The notes beneath the pieces were generated by a model that had not been told where the DNA came from, searched no databases, and saw only the letters and a list, made by a program, of their open reading frames with translations. DNA of 64,000 bases from Macrostomum lignano. Taxonomy: Eukaryota. Where the stretch lies: assembly GCA_002269645.1 (NCBI GenBank), contig NIVC01001257.1, positions 186,001 to 250,000 on the forward strand. The letters run 5' to 3'. Shown here piece after piece: positions 40,130 to 51,817 of this stretch. The translations under genes and the position numbers were made by a program. The number at the start of each line of letters is the position of its first letter. The stretch's first letter is position 1.

Positions 40130-41099
40130 CTGAAATCGAGTAAAAGCTGTGGTTCTTCAGGCCCAAAAAGATCTTTGCACGTAGACAACACTATAAGCAC
40201 ACGATAACATGTACATATGTACTATACCTGCTGCAAGCCGAGAGTAGTTTGTACCGTGCATAAACCAGTGTTCCTTGGGATAAACATGGTGCATGTAACT
40301 GTTTAATTGTTCAGCATTAATACTAAGCACCTTATAATTATAAACAGCCTGTCAGTTGATCCATCAATTAGTTTGATTTAAATGCGTTTTCAGTTTTTCA
40401 TTTTATGAACATAAAGGGGATGGAATCAAATTTTCTTACATTTTCTGAGAGAAAATTATCCAGACAGCATTTCGATTTTTTCAGTAGCTCTACAGATTCT
40501 CAACTTGCTAGTCAGCGTGGACAAAAAAGATTTTGAATCCGTAATAAATAATTTGTTTGTTATAATATTTAACTTCGTAGAATTTGTGGGACCGTTTTAG
40601 TTTTAAAAAGTGACAAATTAATTTTAGGGTACCTACTAGCTAAAGTTTTGCCCCCCTTCGGGGAGCAGAAGTAATTAATATTCGTCTAATATAATATACC
40701 TTTTAGCAGGAGTACTTTAAGTGTTTTTCTTAAGCTTAAGCTTAAAATAGGAATTTTTGGAGATCGTTAATAACGCATTTTAGGTAAAACAAAACTATCA
40801 ACTTTTTACAGTTTTTAGTTTAGAGCCCTGTATATGTCAACGTGTTTGATAAAAATTATTTTTATCATTTTTGATAAAAAATGGCCTTCGGGGTGGCCAA
40901 TAAGCAAGGGACGAATCCTTTTAAATGAAAAAAAATTCTTAGGGAGGGGGGCTAGGAATCGAATTCTCATTTTAATTCCAGGCTTATGTACCAATAAAAC
41001 ATGTTTGTGCAGAATTTTATAACAGACATTGAAATTCAACCATACTTGCCTTCTTTCAGAGCTACTTCTACCAGTATGCTTCAGTACGCTACCAGTACC

Positions 41100-42000
41100 C
41101 TTGTAAGCCTTGACATGTCAGCAATCCCCCCACAAGCCTTAACATATCAACTCCCCCCTTGACATCTCAGCAATGCTCCCACAAGCCTTGAAATCTTAAA
41201 AAATCTGTCTATTTTCTAACCCTAACCCTAACCCTAACCCTAACCCTAAAGCATTGAAATTTCAGTAATTCTCTCTAAGAGTCTATAGCACTACTACAGC
41301 ATTATAGCGATTCCCTGCAAGCCTCGACATCGTAGGGATTCCCAAATGAATCTCTTAACTTCGACATGAAGCTTCTTTTTTTTACATTACGCTTTTTCTA
41401 TCAGCGATCCCTCCCGTGAGGAGCCAACAAATAATGTAATAACTTTTTTCCAATAAACTACATGTAGCTTCTGACATTAGCCTTGACATCTCATTTATTC
41501 CCCCGTGAGCCTTGACATCTCAGCTATAGATAGATAGATAGATTCCCCTCGTAAGCCTTGACATGTCAGCGATGCCCCCCATAAACCTTGAAATCTAAAA
41601 AATCCCCTGTTAACCTTGAAACGCGCTAAAATCTAACCCTCAACCCAAACCTGACGTAAACCTAACTTTCACCCAACCTAAAGCCTTGAAATCACAGCAA
41701 TTCTTCTTCCCTAAGCCTTGGCATTTAAGTGATTCCTTCTTTAAGAATCACAGCACTATAACGATTCCCTCCAAGCTTTGACATCGTAGCAATTCCCAAA
41801 TGAATCTTTTAACTTTGACATGACTTTTATTTTATGTATACATAGTGCTCCTTTTATTTTTACATGACTCTTCTTCTATCAGCGCCCCCCCCCACCGTGG
41901 CAAGCCAACAAAGAATGCAATAAAAAACTTAAGTAAAGTACATGTACTTTGAAGTAGCTTCTGACTTTTGCTTTAACATCTCAGAAACCCCCCTGTAATC
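41100..42000. repeat. Diverged ~450-bp tandem duplication containing (CCCTAA)5 and CCTTGACATCTCAG motifs
   Basis: 41100-41545 aligns with 41550-42000 (e.g. GATTCCC..CAAGC..GACATCGTAG..ATTCCCAAATGAATCT). Confidence 0.75.
41217..41249. repeat. Short interstitial telomeric-type repeat (TAACCC)5
   Basis: Direct. Confidence 0.8.
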
Positions 42001-42169
42001 TCAGTTATTCTCTGTGAGCCTTGACGTCTCAGTAATTCTCCCCAGCACAGCACTGTACTATAGCTTCATTTAATTTTTATATGACATTTCTTTCATGTCT
42101 GACATGACGCTTCTTTTGATTTTTACGTTACGCTTCTTTTATTCTTCCATGATGCTTCTTAATTTTTTA

Positions 42170-43110
42170 AATGACACACTTTCATTAGTTTTTATATGAG
42201 GCTTCTATAATTTTTTCATGACGCTTCTATGCTTGTTTACATGACGCTTGTATGATTTTTACATGACGCTTCTATGATTGTTTACATGACGCTTGTATGA
42301 TTGTTTACATGACGCTTCTATGATTTTTTACATGACGCTTTTATGATTTTTACATGACGCTTCTATGATTTTTTAAATGACGCTTCTATGATTTTTACAT
42401 GACGCTTCTATGATTTTTACATGACGCTTCTATGATTTTTACATGACGCTTCTATGATTTTTACATGACGCTTCTATGATTTTTTACATGACGCTTCTAT
42501 GATTGTTTACATGACGCTTCTATGATTGTATACATGACGCTTCTATGATTTTTACATGACGCTTCTATGATTTTTACATGACGCTTCTATGATTGTTTAC
42601 ATGACGCTTCTATGATTGTTTACATGACGCTTCTATGATTGTTTACATGACGCTTCTATGATTGTTTACATGACGCTTCTATGATTTTAACATGACGCTT
42701 CTATGATTTTTTTACATGACGCTTCTATGATTGTTTACATGACGCTTGTATGATTGTTTACATGACGCTTGTATGATTTTAACATGACGCTTCTATGATT
42801 GTTTACATTACGCTTCTATGATTGCTTGCATGACGCTTCTATGATTTTTTATGACGCTTTTATGATTTTAACATGACGCTTCTATGATTTTTTTACATGA
42901 CGCTTCTATGATTGTTTACATGACGCTTGTATGATTGTTTACATGACGCTTTTATGATTTTAACATGACGCTTCTATGATTGTTTACATTACGCTTCTAT
43001 GATTTTTACATGACGCTTCTATGATTTTTACATGACGCTTCTATGATTGTTTACATGACGCTTCTATGATTGTTTACATGACGCTTGTATGATTGTTTAC
43101 ATGACGCTTC
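42170..43110. repeat. 21-22-bp minisatellite (TTTACATGACGCTTCTATGATT)
   Basis: ~42 copies. Confidence 0.95.
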
Positions 43111-43164
43111 CATAATTTTTTTTGTCTTGGCGTTAAAAGGCTTTAATTAAAAAAACTCTACTCT

Positions 43165-43231
43165 CTAAAAATTCGAACCATCGTCCCTGCATTTAGCAGT
43201 TTAGTCTGTTTACCTCTAGGCTAGCTCTCAT
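43165..43231 (-). mobile_element. tRNA-derived element head (copy 1)
   Basis: Homologous to 45681-45740; GGTTCGAAT B box. Confidence 0.5.
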
Positions 43232-43259
43232 GAATTTTAGTCATTACCCCTAAATAGAA

Positions 43260-43480
43260 AATATTCCCAAGACAGCAAGCATCCCCCAGTAGCAAGCATC
43301 CCCTAATACTCCTAGCAAGCATCCACCCAGATAGCAAGCATCTGCAGATAGCAAGCATCTTGCAGATAGCAAGCATCTTGCAGATAGCAAGCATACCCCA
43401 AATAATGTAGAAGCATCCTTCCAGATAGCAAGCATCCTGCACATAGCAAGAATCCCTAAATAGCAAGCATCCCTGGATAG
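43260..43480. repeat. Degenerate AGCAAGCATC-based repeat
   Basis: ~11 occurrences at ~20-bp spacing. Confidence 0.8.
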
Positions 43481-43514
43481 AAATAATCCTATACATGTAG
43501 CCAAGCTTATCAAG

Positions 43515-45607
43515 CGCAGTAATCCTTGGCTATCGAGTGCAGTAATCCTTGGTTTATTAATAGCAATAATCCATGGCTTATCGAGTGCAGTAATCCTTGG
43601 TTTATTAATAGCAATAATCCTTGGCTTATCGAGTGCAGTAATTCATGGTTTATTAATAGCAATAATCCTTGGCTTATCGAGTGCAGTAATCCTTGGTTTA
43701 TTAATAGCAATAATCCATGCCTTATCGAGTGCAGTAATCCTTGGTTTATTAATAGCAATAATCCTTGGCTTATCGAGTGCAGTAATCCTTGGTTTATTAA
43801 TAGCAATAATCCATGGCTTATCGAGTGCAGTAATCCTTGGTTTGCCAAGAGCAATAGTCCTTGGCTTATCGAGTGCAGTAATCCTTGGTTTGCCAAGAGC
43901 AATAGTCCTTGGTTTATTGAGTGCAGTAATCCTTGGTTTATTAATAGCAATAGTCCTTGGTTTATTGAGTGCAGTAATCCTTGGTTTATTAATAGCAATA
44001 ATCCTTGGCTTATCGATTGCAGTAATCCTTGGTTTGCCAAGTGCATAATCCTTGGTTTATCGAGTGCAGTAATCCTTGGTTTATTAATAGCAATAATCCT
44101 TGGCTTATCGAGTGCAGTAATCCTTGGTTTATTAATAGCAATAATCCATGGCTTATCGAGTGCAGTAATCCTTGGTTTGCCAAGAGCAATAGTCCTTGGC
44201 TTATCGAGTGCAGTAATCCTTGGTTTGCCAAGAGCAATAGTCCTTGGTTTATTGAGTGCAGTAATCCTTGGTTTATTAATAGCAATAGTCCTTGGTTTAT
44301 TGAGTGCAGTAATCCTTGGTTTATTAATAGCAATAATCCTTGGCTTATCGAGTGCAGTAATCCTTGGTTTGCCAAGTGCATAATCCTTGGTTTATTAATA
44401 GCAATAATCCTTGGCTTATCGAGTGCAGTAATCCTTGGTTTATTAATAGCAATAATCCTTGGTTTATCGAGTGCATTAATCCTTGGTTTATTAATAGCAA
44501 TAATCCTTGGCTTATCGAGTGCAGTAATCCTTGGTTTATTAATAGCAATAATCCTTGGCTTATCGAGTGCAGTAATCCTTGGTTTGCCAAGAGCAATAGT
44601 CCTTGGTTTTTTGAGTGCAGTAATCCTTGGTTTATTAATAGCAATAGTCCTTGGTTTATTGAGTGCAGTAATGCTTGGTTTATTAATAGCAATAATCCTT
44701 GGCTTATCGATTGCAGTAATCCTTGGTTTGCCAAGTGCATAATCCTTGGTTTATTAATAGCAATAATCCTTGGTTTATCGAGTGCAGTAATCCTTAGTTT
44801 ATTAATAGCAATAATCCTTGGCTTATCGAGTGCAGTAATCCTTGGTTTATTAATAGCAATAATCCATGGCTTATCGAGTGCAGTAATCCTTGGTTTGCCA
44901 AGAGCAATAGTCCTTGGCTTATCGAGTGCAGTAATCCTTGGTTTGCCAAGAGCAATAGTCCTTGGTTTATTGAGTGCAGTAATCCTTGGTTTATTAATAG
45001 CAATAGTCCTTGGCTTATCGAGTGCAGTAATCCTTGGTTTATTAATAGCAATAATCCTTGGTTTATCGATTGCAGTAATCCTTGGTTTATTAATAGCAAT
45101 AATCCTTGGCTTATCGAGTGCAGTAATCCTTGGTTTATTAATAGCAATAATCCATGGCTTATGAGTGCAGTAATCCTTGGTTTATTAATAGCAATAATCC
45201 TTGGCTTATCGAGTGCAGTAATTCATGGTTTATTAATAGCAATAATCCTTGGTTTATCGAGTGCAGTAATCCTTGGTTTATTAATAGCAATAATCCTTGG
45301 CTTATCGAGTGCAGTAATCCTTGGTTTATTAATAGCAATAATCCATGGCTTATGAGTGCAGTAATCCTTGGTTTATTAATAGCAATAATCCTTGGCTTAT
45401 CGAGTGCAGTAATTCATGGTTTATTAATAGCAATAATCCTTGGCTTATCGAGTGCAGTAATCCTTGGTTTATTAATAGCAATAATCCATGGCTTATCGAG
45501 TGCAGTAATCCTTGGTTTGCCAAGAGCAATAATCCTTGGCTTATCGAGTGCAGTATTCCTTGGTTTGCCAAGAGCAATAATCCTTAGCTTATCGAGTGCA
45601 GTAATCT
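43515..45607. repeat. 48-bp satellite (dimer of two 24-bp subunits), ~2.1 kb
   Basis: AGTGCAGTAATCCTTGGTTTATTAATAGCAATAATCCTTGGCTTATCG; explains all ORFs at 43.5-45.6 kb. Confidence 0.96.
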
Positions 45608-45680
45608 AAGTGTTTTTATTTAGTCCTTTAATAAAAGCTTTTAATAAAAAATTTTACACTACTACTTTTAAACTACTTAG

Positions 45681-45740
45681 ATTCGAACCCAGGTCGCTGC
45701 ATTAGCAGTCTGGTCTGCTCAGCTCTAGGCTAGCTCTCAT
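45681..45740 (-). mobile_element. tRNA-derived element head (copy 2)
   Basis: Minus: GAGAGCTAGCCTAGAGC..GACTGCTAATGC..GGGTTCGAAT. Confidence 0.55.
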
Positions 45741-46029
45741 CGAAGTTATCAGTGAATTTGTACCACTTATATAATTAATTCAACACTCACACCAAGTCAG
45801 GTAGAGTAAAAAGTCACGCGAAGCAGTTATGACATAATCAATTTCTTAGGCAAGTCAGTACCAGTGTCTATGAAAGTTAACAATATGGTTACGTAATATA
45901 AATTCAGTACTGCACTATACTTTCACCCTCAAAGCTGTGACGCAATTCAATTGAGTGTCAAATTCAGCCAGTACACAGACGATAAATAAAGTGTATTGTG
46001 ATGCAATCTATTTCAGAATCAGAATTCAA

Positions 46030-46280
46030 CCAGTCAGATTTTTCTCTAGCATTCTTACAATGCATTTCAGGTCGAAAGAGCTGCTTGACCTTTGCAAAAA
46101 ATCATGTTTTTCGAATATTTAATCCCTTTAACATTGAGCAATTTCTTAGCCAATATGCATGTACCGTCCCGGGAAAATTTCTGATCGAATGGTGCAAGTT
46201 TGAAGAAAATCGGTTGAGCCGTTCGGGAGAAAATCAATTACAAGCAAGCAACCAAGCATTTCATTTTTAGTATATTAGAT
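46030..46280 (+). mobile_element. Possible Helentron/DINE-like non-autonomous element
   Basis: CAAGTTTGAAGAAAATCGGTTGAGCCGTTC..(CAAG)n..TTTTTAGTATATTAGAT, a pattern typical of such ends. Confidence 0.45.
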
Positions 46281-46448
46281 TTCATCTCATCATATATATA
46301 CATTATATTTATTTATTGTAAACTAAAAGGGAAATCTGGATTCATGTATCAATTTCTTATATGAAAAGTGTTATTTTAGATAGACCTAATTGCAATTTAC
46401 AACTATGCTTTCAATGAAGAACAAAGATAATATGCTAGATTTCATATA

Positions 46449-46840
46449 GGCTTTTCATATTACCAATTCCAGAACCAGAATCGGTTCGAAGCTTTTCATA
46501 TTGTCTGTTCCGTTTTCAGAATCGGTTCCAGAACCGTGTTCTGGTTCTGGAATTTGGGTCGAGCAGTTTTCTCGAGAACTTGAGACGAGAAGTCATGTTT
46601 ACACTTTAATTAACAGTAAAAGTATTTAACAGTAAAGTATTTGAAATTGGCATTTTTTATTATTGGTATTAATTATTCCGTTTTTTGTCATATCCAAGAG
46701 GAAACAAAGTCAAGGAAAGACAAAATTAAATTGTATAGACTAACAAACAAAAAATGTGTTTGAAGCTTTTCATTTTCCTACAAATTCTGGTTCTAGAATT
46801 GGAATTATTCTAGTTCTAGAACCAATCTTTGTGAAAAGCC
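46449..46840. mobile_element. MITE with TA flanks and GGCTTTTCA TIRs; right arm hypermutated
   Basis: TA|GGCTTTTCATA ... TGTGAAAAGCC|TA with internal CCAGAACC/TTCTGG repeats. Confidence 0.6.
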
Positions 46841-47837
46841 TAATACATTCACAATCCCAGGCTGCATTATACCAGCAATGCAAAATGTTTACTTTTTGAC
46901 TAAAAGTGTGACTTCCCTATAAAAACATAAACAAAAATTAATGGTTAAAATTAAAATTTGGTAAGGCTAAATGCTTTTATCATCTAATTAGTTCTGTCTA
47001 TTTTTTTGGTAGGCATTTTTGCAACTTACCTTGGCTAGGCCCCTTGCCAGCTGGCCAGATTGGCCATGTCAGCTGGGTATGACCCATATATATTAGGTTT
47101 AATACTTTTTTATATATTGGTTTTGTAATAGTTTATTTATTTTGTTTTATTATTTTACTAACTATGCTATTTTAAACAAAGCCTATTCTATAAATACTTT
47201 TATATACTTGATTTTGTTACATATGAATGTTTTAATAATAAGATTTAATAATTATAATAATAGATAATTAATTACACTTATCCTAACTAATAGCTTAGCC
47301 ACAACTATTGCATTATATATCTAAAGGCTTATATAGCTATTTAGTCTAAGAACTACAAAGTTGCTATATAGGTCACTGGTCAGATCATCATATTTTATTT
47401 TGTCAAATTGGATGACAAAGTGACTAGAAAAAGCAAAGAAGCTTGAAAAATAATATGACAAAGTGATCAAATATTTAGTTATAGTGAATACTTTGTCATC
47501 AACCAATCAAACTGTATGCGATTTGAGTTAGTGTAAACTATTTTTTGTTTTTATTGACTATTAAGCTGCAGCAAGCAGAACCAATTGATTGACAGGTTTT
47601 ATCAATCAAGATGACAAAATGGGTGGGATCATTAAGATTCCAAGTAAATGTTTGATCACCACATTAATTTTCTTGGAAGTTGGAACTAATATGATTGGAG
47701 ATTGGTGGATGACAAAATGACTCTCTTCAAGTAGTGAATGCTAATTAAGATGACAAAGTGACCCTAGTTGAGGTGAGAAAACCAGACACCCCAGATGATG
47801 AAATGGCAGATACGAAATGACTAGGAACTGCTATATA

Positions 47838-47997
47838 CCCTTAATTATCCTAGCTAATACTAATACTCATTTTATAGCTAGGGGAACTGAAGCAATATAA
47901 GGTTAAATTTCTTGCTTAAAGACAAATTGTTTCAAATAGGCTAAGATTAACCCTTTATCCTCTAGTTATAAGTCTGACACTCTAACCACTAAGCTAA
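47838..47997 (-). mobile_element. Heavily C>T/G>A-decayed copy of the CORE-like SINE
   Basis: Colinear with 26423-26588 and 52490-52580. Confidence 0.8.
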
Positions 47998-49852
47998 AAC
48001 CCAATTTTGATTAGGTTAGTTATGGTTAGTTATATAGTTTTGGGTAAACTATAAATTCATGTCTAATATCTGAACATGTTAATAGAGTTAACACCTATTT
48101 CTCAGAGTATAAGTGTTGATTTTTATCTAAGATCATTATTAAAGATGCCAATATTAGATCTTGTCATTTTGCATAAATGCTAATAGATGGCTATTGATTT
48201 ATTAAACAACTTCAAATTGAGTTAGATAGTTTACCATAAGATTGTGCCATTTAATTAGTCATTCATTGCCAGAGAGAAAAGAGAAATGAGAGATTAGAAA
48301 ATTATAAAATTCTAAGATTTTCTACCCTTTAAACATATGTTTGATATCAACCTTTATAAAGCAACCCTACAGAGAAAAAATCTGGAAGCCTTAGCATAAC
48401 AGATTTTTTAACTATTCCATTTTGTTGTTGTTAAATGGGGTGCTTAGCAGGGCTAAGTGTGGATCAGCCCAAATTAAGGCTCCAGTGTGGAGATGAATAG
48501 AAGGGTGGGTCTATTAGGTATACAAGACCTAGGCCACCTGGAATAGAATCCTTTTCATAGCACAAAGCTAATTGTAAGGCTTTGTCACAAAGATTTGCAG
48601 ACTATTTTGGAAAGAGGCTGGAGGGTGTGCCTAAGCTATAACAGGCAAGATTGGGCACCTTCAAGGGCAACAATTTTGGGGTCCATGCTGCAAAGCGAAT
48701 TTTTACTGCGCAGCCTGACTCCTACAAACTGCATTTAATGGACCAGGTCCAGCCTCCTCAAAGACCATCATCCTCTGGTGAAAATTTCCCTCCAGACAGG
48801 GTCACTGTAGGCAACTATACTGGTAGGCAATTGCACTACCAGGTGGTGCGTGCCACAAACAGATGATAGCCTTTCACCTAGGCGCCGAACACACCCAAAG
48901 CCTAGAATCCAAATTCCTGGTGGGTACCACCTTCAGGCAGGGCATGCTACTTCTAGGGCTCAGGCTCACACATGAGCATACATACGCAACCCCCTGATTT
49001 ACACTGGCAATGCGACCAAAAATGCGACTAACCTGTGAAAAAACCCTAAAGCAAAATAAACTAATTTCGGGTAAACAGCAGGAGCAACTTGACTGTCTTA
49101 TTAAGGCTTAATGCCTCGACATCTAATTAGTAATACATGTACGTCTATTTTGTCGGGTGAGCATTTTTGCGACTTACCTTGGCTGGGCCCCTCGCCAGCC
49201 AGCCGGGTCGGCCGGGTGTTGCGCATGAGGCCTTACCAGGCAGCCCGTTTACCCTTTGGCTCCAACTGCACAGGTAGGTTCACCTAGCGCAATAGCAGCT
49301 CAAAATCAGCACAGAGCGCGGTATCTTCCTGAAACATGGGCCGCTCACCAGCAATGCAAGATCACCAGTCAGTAACTCCCAAGCCGCACCAAGCCCTCCG
49401 GGCTGAGTGCCCCTTTTTATTCCCCATTCGGATAGCAATCGATAACTCAATGTACTTTTAATTAACTGGCGCTCCAATTTACTAACTGATGTCAGACGAA
49501 GCTTCAATTAGTTGCTTGTATTTTTCTCAGTAGCTATCTTTTTTTGTGTTGTCTATGTCCCAGAGCCCAGGCTGCAAGCTTTGGTGTTGCACTTTTAAAA
49601 AATATTCTAGCTTTCACATCAAGTTAAAGCTTTCTCGCAGCCTTCAGCTAAGAGGAGTAAGAGGGTTTTATTCATAGTCTATGGCCGAAAGTGTCGCTGG
49701 CAAAGCTATCGATTCCGCGGACCTGTCTGCTAGAAGAGAAAGAGAAGGCAGAGAGAAGGGTCTCGAAGCGAGCGAGACTTGTCTAATCGCATAAAAAGTT
49801 TCTTTTTAAAGTGTCTGCAAATCAACCGAGTAGTTCAAGTGAGCCAGAGCGA

Positions 49853-51268
49853 ATGGCACCGCCATCGGGTTCTTCGTCCGCGTCTCAAGTGCCCTACATC
49901 GGGTCCACGATATCGTTGCTATCCAAAGCCGGGATTCGGTACGAAGGCTTCCTACACAGCATCGACCAGAAGGAGGCGTCTGTCACGCTCGACCACGTGC
50001 GAGTATTCGGCACCGAGGAGCGCCAGTGCGAGCGTCGGGTGCCGCCGTCTTCCGAAACATTCGAGTACATCATTTTCCGGGCCGCGGACATCACTGAGCT
50101 GCGAGTGATTGACACTCCACTGTCCCGGCCGGTGCCCGACCCTGCTATTATCCGCGTACAGGTGAAGGGACCCGGTAACGCCAATGCATCTTCAAGCTCG
50201 TCGGCTGTCAACGGAACCGGTGGAGGCGGCGAGGCCACGGGAGGCAGGGCGGCTGGTGGAGGCGGCGGCCGGCGGCGCCAGCCCAGGGGCATCTCGGCTG
50301 GCCGCGGCGCTGGCGGCAGATCCGGTGGTCGCGGCCAGAATCAACAGATGAAGCAGCAGGCGCCGCCACCGCAGCATCCGCATCTGGCGCCGCCGCCGCC
50401 GATGATGCAGCTGCCGATGCAGTCCCCGCCGCAGCAGCAGCCGCGTTCTCGCAACGACTACATCGTCTATCCCAGGTACAATGTTAGCTATCGAGGCAAC
50501 GGAGCCGGTTACTACCCGCAGTATCGCCCGGCTAGCATGTACCCCGCTGTCGAGTTTGCCGCAGCGCCTGGTAACCATGGCTACGGGATGAGGCCATCGG
50601 CTGGAGGCGGCGGAGGCGGCCGGCCCGTGATGCACTTTCGACGAGTTCAGGGCGGCGGCAGCGGCGGCCCAGGAGCTCAGCGGCTTCGCTTATCGCCGCG
50701 TTTGATCGGCAGCGGCGGAGGCGGCGGCCGCGGCCGGAATTCGCGCCGAACGCACCAGTCGAACGGCATTGCCGAGGCGGCGGCCAATCCGGCCAAATAT
50801 TTCTCCGCCGATTATGATTTTGAGACGGCCAACGCCGAGATGGCGAAATTATTGCTCACAGCAGTTAATTCCACTTCTGCTAAGCAGGGCGTCGTTGCCA
50901 ACGGCGGCATCAACGGCGCCTCGGATGAGGAGAATTCGGCTTCTTCGACTAATGGCGTCAACGGCGCCGTCGCTTCGTCGTCAGCGTCGGCTCTGATGGC
51001 CGCCGCCGTTGCCGATGGCCAGCATCAGCTGGGCGGCGCCGGCTACGACCGGGACCGCAGCTTCTTCGACGACATCAGCCGGGTCGACGCAGATGCCGGC
51101 GCCGCCGCCGGTGGCGACTCGGCCAGGCTGGGCCGCAAAGAGGCCGCCAGGCAGAATGCGCTCAACAGGGAGACGTTCGGCCTGACTGGCCGGCGTTTCC
51201 ATGGCAACCATCAGCAGCAGCATCATCGGGTGGCGGTGGCTCACGCGCCCAGACGGTCGCCAGTGTGA
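49853..51268 (+). CDS. LSM14: LSM14/RAP55/Trailer hitch family P-body protein, intronless (~471 aa)
   Basis: N-terminal LSm domain (PYIGSTISLLSKAGIRYEG..FEYIIFRAADI), RGG-rich middle, FDF-like (YDFETANA), FFD (YDRDRSFFDDIS) and TFG (LNRETFG) boxes; first ATG 49853. Confidence 0.95.
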   Translation: MAPPSGSSSASQVPYIGSTISLLSKAGIRYEGFLHSIDQKEASVTLDHVRVFGTEERQCERRVPPSSETFEYIIFRAADITELRVIDTPLSRPVPDPAIIRVQVKGPGNANASSSSSAVNGTGGGGEATGGRAAGGGGGRRRQPRGISAGRGAGGRSGGRGQNQQMKQQAPPPQHPHLAPPPPMMQLPMQSPPQQQPRSRNDYIVYPRYNVSYRGNGAGYYPQYRPASMYPAVEFAAAPGNHGYGMRPSAGGGGGGRPVMHFRRVQGGGSGGPGAQRLRLSPRLIGSGGGGGRGRNSRRTHQSNGIAEAAANPAKYFSADYDFETANAEMAKLLLTAVNSTSAKQGVVANGGINGASDEENSASSTNGVNGAVASSSASALMAAAVADGQHQLGGAGYDRDRSFFDDISRVDADAGAAAGGDSARLGRKEAARQNALNRETFGLTGRRFHGNHQQQHHRVAVAHAPRRSPV

Positions 51269-51817
51269 GACAGCGGCGGACCTGAGAGCGACTCTGCATT
51301 GAGAAAGACTGCAATAGGCCTGACTAGACATGGACTAAGTCACTTTATAAGCACTGTTCTTCTATCCCTGTTAATCCGGGCTTTATCCCCATTGTTACTG
51401 TGTGCAATTATTCCAATTTCTCGATCCGTAAACACCCCAGGCTGAACTCTTAGTAGCGTGAGAGGATCCCAAATGCGATAATACATTATCAACAGATATT
51501 CAAAAGTCCCCGATTGTCTTAATATTCAACTTTCGCTCTTAATCTAACTAACTATCCACCATCTAATGCATATCGCTGATAAATAAATCTGTTTGTTCTT
51601 TAGGGAATATTGCTATAATATATAAACTAGTTCTTTAACAGCTTGCATGGTAACTTCGGTTTTTATTGTTTATGATTAATTAAAAAATACTTGATAGAAT
51701 TGCTGAGATATAGATTTTCTAGAGATAGAGAATTCGACTAACTGCACCGTAGATAGTCCCTGATAAGATTTCTGCAGATTGGCTCACGTAGTCAGATTTT
51801 GCTTTGAAATCAACGGG

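Noticed and set aside
41217-41249. Chromosome end or telomerase RNA template
   Set aside because: Only five units embedded in a local duplication; no supporting structure.
49170-49320. U1 snRNA-like start (ACTTACCT) here and at 47025
   Set aside because: No U1-70K loop or downstream Sm site recognisable; better explained as the reverse complement of a splice donor AG|GTAAGT.
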